Shown here: piece after piece, positions 1 through 7,672 of the stretch
Numbering within the stretch: the first letter of the stretch is position 1
How the letters are laid out: each line of letters opens with the position of its first letter
Assembly: GCA_027021195.1 (NCBI GenBank)
Contig: JALUUW010000003.1
Span: forward strand, 4,843 to 68,842
From: Candidatus Pacearchaeota archaeon
Lineage (GTDB): Archaea; Nanobdellota; Nanobdellia; Pacearchaeales; GW2011-AR1
Direction of reading: 5' to 3'
Length of the DNA stretch: 64,000 bases
Made by a program: the position numbers and the translations under genes
The notes under the pieces: generated by a model
Seen by the model: the letters and a program-made list of their open reading frames with translations, nothing else
What the model was told of the DNA's origin: nothing
Databases searched by the model: none

Positions 1-587
1 CTGAAACTATTGAACCTGGGAAGATAGAAATCGCTATCTTTAATGATTTGAAAGAGTTTACAAAAAAATATGAATTTGAAAATAATAAATCTCTTCCTTT
101 TTTTGTTGTAGGATTTGCTGGAAAGAACGGCAGAATTTTTATCTTGGATAAAAAACTTTTTCCAAAACAAGGACACAGAGAAGAAGAATTTGAAAGAGTC
201 GTTGTTCATGAATTATGCCATGTATTTATCAGGAGAATGCTACACCCCAAACATACTTTCATTTGGATAGAGGAAGGGCTATGTGAATTTTTGTCTTTTG
301 GAGATTATCCTTTAAAAATAAAAAAAATAGTGGATTTTAGAGAGATTGAAACTTCTGAAGGATGGAGAAAGCATAATGCCTATCAACAAGCAAAAGGTTT
401 TTTTAAATATTTATCTAAAAATTATGGGGATAAAAAAATAGTGGAATTTATTAAAAAAATTAAAGTTACTTCTGAGAGAAAGGCATTTAAAGAGGTGTTT
501 GGAAAAGAAATAAATGAAATCCAAGAAAAGTTCTTTAACACCTTGAAAAATGAAAAAACTCTATCATCCGGGAATTCCTTGCAATGA
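1..587 (+). CDS. HExxH metallopeptidase-like protein (5' partial)
   Basis: The frame is open from nt 3 to the window edge, and the track start at 48 is a TTG. Motifs VVHELCHVF and downstream IEEGLCE fit a gluzincin-like HExxH+E. Overlaps the next gene by 38 nt. Confidence 0.5.
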   Translation, partial: ETIEPGKIEIAIFNDLKEFTKKYEFENNKSLPFFVVGFAGKNGRIFILDKKLFPKQGHREEEFERVVVHELCHVFIRRMLHPKHTFIWIEEGLCEFLSFGDYPLKIKKIVDFREIETSEGWRKHNAYQQAKGFFKYLSKNYGDKKIVEFIKKIKVTSERKAFKEVFGKEINEIQEKFFNTLKNEKTLSSGNSLQ

Positions 588-1716
588 GAATATAGTTCAA
601 AAAGATTTAGAAAAGAGTCTTATTAATTTTAGAAATAAGCGTATAGAGATTGTTGAATGTAATGAAGGGTTTGGAGTTTTTGATAAAGACTGGTTTTGGG
701 CAACAAAAGAAGAGTTAGATTCTCTTAAGAAATGCCCAGATATCTCAATAAGGTATTTTTTAGATAATGAAAAGTTCAATCATGAAGGATGGTTTTTTTA
801 TAACCCAATAGAACTTGGTATAGAATTAACAAGAGAATGTAATCAGCTGTGTATTCATTGTTGGAATGAATCTTCTTCAAGGGATACTAAAATGCCTTTG
901 AAGAAGGCAAAAGAAATTATTCAGGAATTTAGAAAAGGAGGAGGACAGAAAATAAAGATATCTGGTGGAGAACCATTATCATATTCTTCTTTAGATGAAT
1001 TTTTATTTTTTTCAAAAGAAGTTGGGATAAAAAAAGTAGATATGACATCTAATGGAGTGTTAATGAATAGGGAAAAAGCAAAATTTTTATCTACTCATCT
1101 AACAAATATATGTATAAGTATTCATGGTTCTAAATCAGATATACATGACGATATAACTTACAATAAAGGAAGTTTTGTAAAATCTATTAAAGCAATAGAG
1201 CATCTTCAGGAAGAAGGGTTAAACCCCATAATTAATTATACTGTTATGCAGAAAAACAAAAAGGACATTGCAGACATGATTGAATTAGGGAAAATTCTTA
1301 ATGTTAACGGGATAAAATTCAGTTGTTTAAAAAAGATTGGAAGAGCGAGAAATTTAGAGGTAATTTCTAAAGAAGAGGTAAATACATTAAGAAATTTAAT
1401 ATATACTAAATCGAAAGAGCTTGGAATTGAGTTAGAGAAGAGTGAATTGTATCCTGCAGGATATGTTCAAGGCATTAGTCAATCAAAATTTTATGGATGT
1501 AATGGATTAAGAACCCAACTATATATCTCTTCAGAAGGCAACGTTTACCCATGTAGTTTAATAAATGAAAGTATTGGAAACATTTACCAAGATTCTTTAT
1601 TTAATTTATGGAGAAGTAAAAAAGCTCAGGAATTTAGAAGATTGGATAATTGTATTAAAAATGATTGCAAAATAATTAGGGATTGTGGGAGAAAGTGTAG
1701 GGCAAGTTTGAAGTAA
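550..1716 (+). CDS. radical SAM / SPASM-domain enzyme (peptide-maturase-like)
   Basis: CNQLCIHC (CX3CX2C), SGGEPL, and a C-terminal Cys cluster: GCNG..YISSEGNVYPCS..CIKNDCKIIRDCGRKC. There is a ~95-aa N-terminal extension before the cluster motif. Confidence 0.85.
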   Translation: MKKLYHPGIPCNENIVQKDLEKSLINFRNKRIEIVECNEGFGVFDKDWFWATKEELDSLKKCPDISIRYFLDNEKFNHEGWFFYNPIELGIELTRECNQLCIHCWNESSSRDTKMPLKKAKEIIQEFRKGGGQKIKISGGEPLSYSSLDEFLFFSKEVGIKKVDMTSNGVLMNREKAKFLSTHLTNICISIHGSKSDIHDDITYNKGSFVKSIKAIEHLQEEGLNPIINYTVMQKNKKDIADMIELGKILNVNGIKFSCLKKIGRARNLEVISKEEVNTLRNLIYTKSKELGIELEKSELYPAGYVQGISQSKFYGCNGLRTQLYISSEGNVYPCSLINESIGNIYQDSLFNLWRSKKAQEFRRLDNCIKNDCKIIRDCGRKCRASLK

Positions 1717-1793
1717 CGAGGGAGAGTTAAATATAAAATATATTTTGACCATGGAAGAAAAATAGGGTATGGGAAGCTAAAAAAAGAGCAGAT

Positions 1794-2372
1794 ATGGAAG
1801 GTTATGAGAATATAAAATTTGTTAAAGCTGATATCAATTCCTTACCCTTTGACTCAGAAACGTTTGACGTTGTCATAGTAGGAAATGTCTTCTCTTTGAT
1901 AGAAAATAAAAAAATTGCATTAAAGGAATGCATGCGTGTTTCTAAAAAAAATGGATTTATTATTGTAATCCCTATGTATTACATAAAAGAACCTTCGAAG
2001 GAACTTATAAAGAGAGTTTCCAAAGCCCTTAAAGTCGACATTGCTCCTATGTATCGATCAGATTGGATAAATTTCTTCTCAATATCTGGATTAGAAATAT
2101 ATTGGTCAAAAGATTTCAAATTTGACCACATAGACAATAAAAAAATAATTTCCTTTTGTGAGGAGATTTTTAATAAAGAACATTTACGAAACTTGACTAA
2201 ATCGGCATATGAGAAACTATTTGAAGTTTATCAGAAATTTATGTTTCTATTTCGCGATAATTTATCTCATATGGGATATATCATACTTATTTTATCTAAA
2301 AGAAAGTTGTGGGAAGATCCAGAACTCTTTACATCCAGAGAAAATATCTCCCTTGGAAACTTTAGTCAATAG
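1794..2372 (+). CDS. class I SAM-methyltransferase, N-terminally truncated (motif I missing); possible pseudogene
   Basis: Starts at the post-motif-I region (KFVKADINSLPFDSETFDVVIVGNVF, KNGFIIV). No GxGxG motif is present. An in-frame TAA lies 5 codons upstream, and only 77 nt separate it from the previous gene. Confidence 0.5.
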   Translation: MEGYENIKFVKADINSLPFDSETFDVVIVGNVFSLIENKKIALKECMRVSKKNGFIIVIPMYYIKEPSKELIKRVSKALKVDIAPMYRSDWINFFSISGLEIYWSKDFKFDHIDNKKIISFCEEIFNKEHLRNLTKSAYEKLFEVYQKFMFLFRDNLSHMGYIILILSKRKLWEDPELFTSRENISLGNFSQ

Positions 2373-2390
2373 AATAAAATATGGTAATTC

Positions 2391-3416
2391 TTATTTGATT
2401 CCTTTTTCTAAGAACTCAAAATTGTTTGTTTCTGAGTCAATTACAACTTTTGTACCAATAGGGATAGTTAGCTGAGGATCGGTATGACCTATATCCACTC
2501 CAAACAAAATGGGAAAATTATATTCTTTTGTTCTCTCCAGTAACTTCTTTTTTAGCATTTCTATATCTTCTTCATTATATCTAAAAGGTCTGCCAAAAAT
2601 TAGCCCTCTGATTTGTTTAAATACTCCTAAAATGTTTAACTGCTCCAGATACCAGTCAACATAAGGAAGGGGTTCCCCTTCATCAAATGTCTGACCTTCT
2701 GGCAATTCTAAAAATAGAATCTTATCTGTATGATCTGGCCAGTATTTTGTACCTGGCAAATGGACTATTGATGTGAGACATCCTCCTATAATTTTACCTT
2801 CTGCTTTTCCTCCTCGCAACCATTCAAAACCTTTATTTTCTTTCAATTTTCTTGGCCTTGTAAGATCCAACTTTTTACTCCAATCTAAGAATTCATCAGT
2901 CCAGCTTTCAGAAGGAGATACTTTTCCTATGGGTTCATCTGATGCTACTGCCTTATTAAAATAATCTAAAGTATATTTAAGAGGATGAGGGTATTCTCCA
3001 AATTGAGTTATAATACATGGTCCATAAAAAGTTATAAGATTGGATTGCGTATGGAGTGCATAGTGCAAGATAGAGATATCTGAATAACCACAGAATATCT
3101 TTGGATTTTGTTTTATTTTCTCAAAATCTAAATAATTTAGAGTATGGGTTGCTACTGTTCCTCCAATTAAAGATATAATTGCTTTTATATCTTTGTCAAG
3201 AAAAGCGTCCATTATGTCTTTAGCCCTTTCTTCTGCAGGAGCAGATTCCCATCCGTTAACTTTTCTTGCTGTAGGAAACTCTTTAATTTTATAACCCTCA
3301 GATTTTAGAAATTTAACCGCATTGTCAAGTCTATGGGGAAAGTTCAATCCAGACGATGGAGCGATTATTGCTATTGTATCTCCTTTTCCAAGTCGTGGAG
3401 GCTTAATTAGTTCCAT
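2391..3416 (-). CDS. S66 family LD-carboxypeptidase / MccF-like serine peptidase
   Basis: GDTIAIIAPSSG, GYSDISIL (nucleophile Ser context) and DIGHTDP (His). Size is 341 aa. Confidence 0.8.
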   Translation of the reverse strand: MELIKPPRLGKGDTIAIIAPSSGLNFPHRLDNAVKFLKSEGYKIKEFPTARKVNGWESAPAEERAKDIMDAFLDKDIKAIISLIGGTVATHTLNYLDFEKIKQNPKIFCGYSDISILHYALHTQSNLITFYGPCIITQFGEYPHPLKYTLDYFNKAVASDEPIGKVSPSESWTDEFLDWSKKLDLTRPRKLKENKGFEWLRGGKAEGKIIGGCLTSIVHLPGTKYWPDHTDKILFLELPEGQTFDEGEPLPYVDWYLEQLNILGVFKQIRGLIFGRPFRYNEEDIEMLKKKLLERTKEYNFPILFGVDIGHTDPQLTIPIGTKVVIDSETNNFEFLEKGIK

Positions 3417-3623
3417 TAATTTTTAACAGAGGTAAAACTTTAAATATTTATTGGATTCCCTCTAACAACCCCTTCATTCAAAATAAAAGAAAAAGCCATT
3501 ACAGATATGACTATGATGCTAATTTGAATTAAGGACAAGCAAACCTTCGGCCCTTTTTTTGGGATGGGTTAATGAAAACAATGGCATTTATTCTTGTTTA
3601 TGGGTATTTACTAAGAATAATGG

Positions 3624-3839
3624 CTAAGGAAAACAGCCTAATTTTTCATGTGCTTTTATTAAAAAATCCCTGAAATCTTTTTTGCTTTCCCATACAGGAT
3701 TTAACTTGTTCCTGATTAAATCAAAATCTATCTTCTTTAATCTTCTAATCTCTGCTAATTCACTTATCATTCTTTCGTACTTTTCTTTTGATATTTTTGC
3801 CATTTCCATAATAGCTAAATGGGGCTGATATTTATACAA
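3624..3839 (-). CDS. hypothetical small protein (71 aa; TTG start, alternative ATG at 3809)
   Basis: Last ORF of the minus-strand rSAM operon, 23 nt after the HExxH gene. No recognisable motif. Confidence 0.4.
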   Translation of the reverse strand: MYKYQPHLAIMEMAKISKEKYERMISELAEIRRLKKIDFDLIRNKLNPVWESKKDFRDFLIKAHEKLGCFP

Positions 3840-3862
3840 TTTTCTAAATAAAACAGGGAATC

Positions 3863-4531
3863 TTATATCTTAATTCTTTTAACATATTCTATACATTCAT
3901 TAATTAGAGGAATTATATCTGGATTATGCTTCCACGTTTCCATTACTCTCTTTCTTAATTCTTTATGTTCAGCATAGCCTTTATCTTCAACAAACCATAG
4001 ATCTCTACACTCTAAATTTAAGATTGCAGTTAAAGACTCATTAACATACTCTATTTCTCTAAACCCTAGCTGATTTCTAATTAAAGGCAAATGTGTTTTT
4101 TCCATCTGTAAATGCATTAATTCATGTCCACATGTTCTTAAATTTTGCAACAGAGGTCTTCGAATTGAGACCATGAAAGAATCCTCCTCCACATTATAAG
4201 GACATCTTCCAGCAGTTGTAATATATGCATTAAATTCATTTGAATATATTTTGTGTTTGGTAATTTTTTCTAACCTTTCAAAAAACCTGTTATTTATTTT
4301 TCCCCAAGAGTTCTGCAATGTTTCTAAAAAGATGTCTAAATGGCCTGAAGAATATAATGGTTGAATATACTGTTCAATCTCTTCCCTACATTCTTCAAAT
4401 TTTCTATTTTTCCACCTCTGTAGGACTGACCCTCTTTCTAATTCATTCTCCCATGGATGCTCGTAGTTGCTAGTTTCCCATATATTCCAAAGGTCTTTTT
4501 CCTTATCAAACTTAAAAATTACTTTTGACAT
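3863..4531 (-). CDS. HExxH-motif protein (putative Zn peptidase)
   Basis: CGHELMHLQ motif. Lies 16 nt downstream of the methyltransferase gene. Confidence 0.5.
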   Translation of the reverse strand: MSKVIFKFDKEKDLWNIWETSNYEHPWENELERGSVLQRWKNRKFEECREEIEQYIQPLYSSGHLDIFLETLQNSWGKINNRFFERLEKITKHKIYSNEFNAYITTAGRCPYNVEEDSFMVSIRRPLLQNLRTCGHELMHLQMEKTHLPLIRNQLGFREIEYVNESLTAILNLECRDLWFVEDKGYAEHKELRKRVMETWKHNPDIIPLINECIEYVKRIKI

Positions 4532-4547
4532 ATTCTTTTTTTGAAGG

Positions 4548-5072
4548 TTAAGCTTTTTGTTTATTTTTTAATAGTAATAAAATAACATTATGTTTATGGG
4601 GGGGCAAATTATCATGCTCTTCAATGGGGGTCTCATACATTCCTTCCTTCATTATTTCCCAATCAGAATATAGGTTTTTTAATTGTTTTAATGAAGGATA
4701 AAACCTATTTTGTGCATTTCTTGCCATAGGGTCTTTATCTGAAAAACAGATGATAAAAGTATGTCCTTGCTCAGAGGTATGTGTTTGTATCTTTTTTAAA
4801 ATATTTTGTGCAGTTACCTTATCTAAAAAATGCAAAACTAACGAAGCAATTATTAAGTCATATTTCTCTTTGAATTCAAAATTTGTTATATCTTCATTAA
4901 AGAATTTAAAATTTTTCTGGGAGATTTCCATAGGTCTTTTATCTACTCCAAGAACTTTTACGCCTTGTTTGGCAAATCTGAGAGATTTATGCCCTTTCCC
5001 ACAACCCAGATCCAAAACATTTTGAGGCTGTAGTTCTTTAAGATATTCTTTGACTTTATCCCTTATTATCAT
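4548..5072 (-). CDS. class I SAM-dependent methyltransferase
   Basis: VLDLGCGKGHKSLRFAKQGVKVLGVD (motif I plus acidic loop) and DLIIASLVLHFL. Confidence 0.8.
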   Translation of the reverse strand: MIIRDKVKEYLKELQPQNVLDLGCGKGHKSLRFAKQGVKVLGVDKRPMEISQKNFKFFNEDITNFEFKEKYDLIIASLVLHFLDKVTAQNILKKIQTHTSEQGHTFIICFSDKDPMARNAQNRFYPSLKQLKNLYSDWEIMKEGMYETPIEEHDNLPPHKHNVILLLLKNKQKA

Positions 5073-5108
5073 TTATTAATTCTTTAAGTTTATTTTATTT
5101 AATTCTTT

Positions 5109-6170
5109 CTAATCTTGTGAGCTTCCCTGCACATATTCTTTAAAACACATAGGGTCTTTGGCCATATAATCTCCTGTTACTGCATAAGCAATTGCCCTAC
5201 ATCCTCTGCAGTGCACCACTTTATCACAAAGAGTATTCTCCCTCATTTTATTCAAATCTCTTAAATTTTGCATTACCTTGTTCTCTAAAATTAAATTACC
5301 TATTCCGTCACTTATGCGACCTATTTTAATAGGAAGTCTTCTACAAGGATAAACAGTTCCGTCCGATAATATTGAAAGCATTCTAAATCCTGCAGAACAC
5401 CCCCAAAGATATTTATTTTGCTCCTTTGCTGTTTTTATTACTTCGTTTTCTTTTTCCAATATTTGCCAAAGAACATCAGATTGAAGGACATTAATCTTAT
5501 CTCTATATTTTTCATTTAGTCTTTCAGTTTCTTTAACCATCTCGTAGATTTCTTTAGCATTAATAAATTCAGGATCTTTAATTCCTAAGTTTGAATCTGG
5601 ATTATAAGTTTTAAAACCCACTTTTTTAGCTCCTGCTAAAATTGCATTTTGGATAACATCCTCAAACTCTTTTTTATTAGACTGCATAAGAGTCATGGCT
5701 ACTGTAACATTTAAGCCTTCTTTTGAAGCATTTCTTATCCCTTCAATTGCCATATCATATGCAAAATCTTTTCTCCTAATTTTATTATGTGTGCGCTTAG
5801 ATCCATCAAGAGAAACTTGTATTGCTTCAACTTTTTGCTCCAAAAGTTCTCTAGCTTTTTTAGGAGTAATTAATGTGCCATTAGTTAACAAATTTGTTAT
5901 AACTTTTTTCTTACAAGCATATTCTAAAATTTCAAGATGATCTTCCCTCATTAAAGGATCTCCTCCCGAAATTGCGATTCTGGGTATCATCTCCCACCTT
6001 TTTGCTGTCTCTGCTAAATCATCTATCATTGATTTTACTTCATTTAAACTCATTAAATTATCATCTTGGATGTGGTCTACATTCCCTTCGTTGTTATGAT
6101 AACAATGGGAGCATTTAAGATTACAATCATTTGTGGAATCCCCTTGAATATATAAGTGTCTTTTAGCCAT
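5109..6170 (-). CDS. radical SAM / SPASM-domain enzyme (peptide-maturase-like)
   Basis: CNLKCSHC (CX3CX2C) at residues ~16-23, SGGDPL, and a C-terminal WGCSAG..LSDGTVYPCRR..CDKVVHCRGCRA..DPMC (SPASM-type auxiliary cluster cysteines). Confidence 0.85.
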   Translation of the reverse strand: MAKRHLYIQGDSTNDCNLKCSHCYHNNEGNVDHIQDDNLMSLNEVKSMIDDLAETAKRWEMIPRIAISGGDPLMREDHLEILEYACKKKVITNLLTNGTLITPKKARELLEQKVEAIQVSLDGSKRTHNKIRRKDFAYDMAIEGIRNASKEGLNVTVAMTLMQSNKKEFEDVIQNAILAGAKKVGFKTYNPDSNLGIKDPEFINAKEIYEMVKETERLNEKYRDKINVLQSDVLWQILEKENEVIKTAKEQNKYLWGCSAGFRMLSILSDGTVYPCRRLPIKIGRISDGIGNLILENKVMQNLRDLNKMRENTLCDKVVHCRGCRAIAYAVTGDYMAKDPMCFKEYVQGSSQD

Positions 6171-6212
6171 TACAAATTAAGAGCAGTTTTTCTAAATCTA
6201 TTTGGAATTTTT

Positions 6213-6338
6213 TTATTCTAAAGAATAGACATCATCTGCGTAACATGCATCTGGACCACAAGCATCGCAAGGGTCACAGTGATAACGATCTTTCTCTTGA
6301 GACGCTTTATTAGTTATATAAGAACTAATATCTAACAT
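6213..6338 (-). CDS. 41-aa Cys/Asp-rich peptide, candidate RiPP precursor (not in ORF track)
   Basis: Hand translation gives MLDISSYITNKASQEKDRYHCDPCDACGPDACYADDVYSLE*. It has an ATG start and a TAA stop, lies 42 nt upstream of the rSAM gene on the same strand, and has a TATA-like box ~80 nt upstream. Confidence 0.5.
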   Translation of the reverse strand: MLDISSYITNKASQEKDRYHCDPCDACGPDACYADDVYSLE

Positions 6339-6416
6339 ACCCTTAAGAAAAGCTTGTTCCTCAGCAGTTCTCTCCAGTTTATTTGTTTTTGCTATAAAAA
6401 GCCAACAACCTTAATA

Positions 6417-6424
6417 TATTTAAA
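6417..6424 (-). promoter_or_regulatory. TATA-box-like element (TTTAAATA on minus strand) upstream of the peptide/rSAM operon
   Basis: The plus strand reads tatttaaa, which matches the archaeal TATA consensus TTTAWATA. It sits 79 nt upstream of the peptide ATG. Confidence 0.35.
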
Positions 6425-6583
6425 TTTTATTGTAATGGATTTATTTTGTAGTGCCTAAGTAACTTAAAAAGTTATTTATTTGCAGATTTTTCAGAAGAAA
6501 CAACCTCAAACTCAGTTGAGCCTATATAATTTCCATCTACATTAAACACTGTTTTGCAAATCCCTAATTGTAATGATTTGTCA

Positions 6584-6615
6584 AAACAAAATCCTCTTCA
6601 TTTACATTTCTTGAA
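6584..6615. repeat. 32-nt exact copy of a segment of the 1247-aa gene (partner 11601..11632)
   Basis: aaacaaaatcctcttcatttacatttcttgaa is identical at both sites in the same orientation. The flanks are unrelated. Confidence 0.9.
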
Positions 6616-6644
6616 AACAAATTGTTTCATTTAATCCATATACC

Positions 6645-6661
6645 CCGCAGCTCTGCTGCGG
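6645..6661 (-). terminator. GC-rich hairpin (CCGCAGC-tct-GCTGCGG), terminator-like
   Basis: A 7-bp perfect GC-rich stem in AT-rich intergenic DNA, downstream of the 6802..7386 gene. On the minus strand it is followed by a T-rich tract (ttgtttt). Confidence 0.3.
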
Positions 6662-6801
6662 TTGGGAGCTTCACTTCAGAACGAGATGGGGCAGAAGTCA
6701 TGACTCCAGAATTAGCGGATGTGTCTTAACAGGAAGTCTTTCTCCTCTGGAAGAATACGTTCTTCTCTCAAAAACCCTTCCCTATCAGCTATTCTAAGGG
6801 T

Positions 6802-7386
6802 TCACTCAGATGTTCTGCTGATTTCATTCAGATATTCTGCTAATTGCCTCATATCATCAGGCTTCCCCTCTAATTCAGAATAATATTTATTGTCCATTTC
6901 AAAGTAAAACCTATTCACGAAATCAATAGTCTCTTTGTATTTGCTTATGCCTTTTTTCTCAACTAATTTATTAAAGCAGTCAATATATCTCATTAGGGCT
7001 TCAGTCAACTCCCTTGTTTCCTCGCTCTCCTTAAGCAGGGCTTTATCCATATTAGAATATGCTTTATCCAAAAATTCAATTACTTCTTTATAATTCTCAA
7101 CCCCTTTTTTTTCCACCAATTTGTAAAAAGCACACGCATATTCTGTTAAAGCCATAGTCAGGTCCCTGATTTCCGGGTCTTTGATTCTATGTATCTCTTT
7201 CTGGAATCTATCCATATCATCAAGTTCTTTTTCTATTGTCTCTTGGAAAGTTTGGTTTTTTATTTTTGACCGAAAAATGATTCCGTGTTCCACTAGACCT
7301 TTATGGAATCCTCTTAATCCTTTCAATATCTTTTCATTTAATTTAATTTTTTCTGCTTCTATCATTTTAATCTTACATAGTTCCAC
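6802..7386 (-). CDS. hypothetical protein with internal ~45-aa repeats (GTG start; alternative ATG at 7365)
   Basis: Two clear repeats: RDLTMALTEYACAFYKLVEKKGVENYKEVIEFLDKAY and RELTEALMRYIDCFNKLVEKKGISKYKETIDFVNRFY. Confidence 0.5.
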   Translation of the reverse strand: MELCKIKMIEAEKIKLNEKILKGLRGFHKGLVEHGIIFRSKIKNQTFQETIEKELDDMDRFQKEIHRIKDPEIRDLTMALTEYACAFYKLVEKKGVENYKEVIEFLDKAYSNMDKALLKESEETRELTEALMRYIDCFNKLVEKKGISKYKETIDFVNRFYFEMDNKYYSELEGKPDDMRQLAEYLNEISRTSE

Positions 7387-7438
7387 CTACCCTTATGCAT
7401 TAATAAAAAAGACAAAAAAAGAAATTATCTTTCAGGTC

Positions 7439-7564
7439 TTATTTCTTTTCAGATCCTTCAGTCATTTCTAAAACCTTCTCATTTGGCATAGAGGTTTCTA
7501 CAAGACCCAAATGGAAATTCTCAAGACCTTCCAACATTTCCCTGTTAAATCCACATAGGGGCAT
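7439..7564 (-). CDS. 41-aa small ORF with strong SD (not in ORF track)
   Basis: GGAGGAAAAGAAA precedes the ATG. Translation is MPLCGFNREMLEGLENFHLGLVETSMPNEKVLEMTEGSEKK*. Lies upstream of and co-directional with the 194-aa gene. Confidence 0.35.
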   Translation of the reverse strand: MPLCGFNREMLEGLENFHLGLVETSMPNEKVLEMTEGSEKK

Positions 7565-7672
7565 TTTCTTTTCCTCCTAATTTAGTTAACTATAATATAT
7601 AATTACTTTATATAAACTATTCTATTGGATAATTTTACAAAAAAGAAATATTTATATATTGGTACTTATTTT

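Noticed and set aside
6478-6583. Protein-level similarity between the sequence next to the 32-nt repeat and the C-terminal repeats of the 1247-aa protein.
   Set aside because: The similarity (for example TEFEVVSS versus VDLEVETS) is too faint, and the frame shifts. It is kept only as one possible explanation in the repeat finding.
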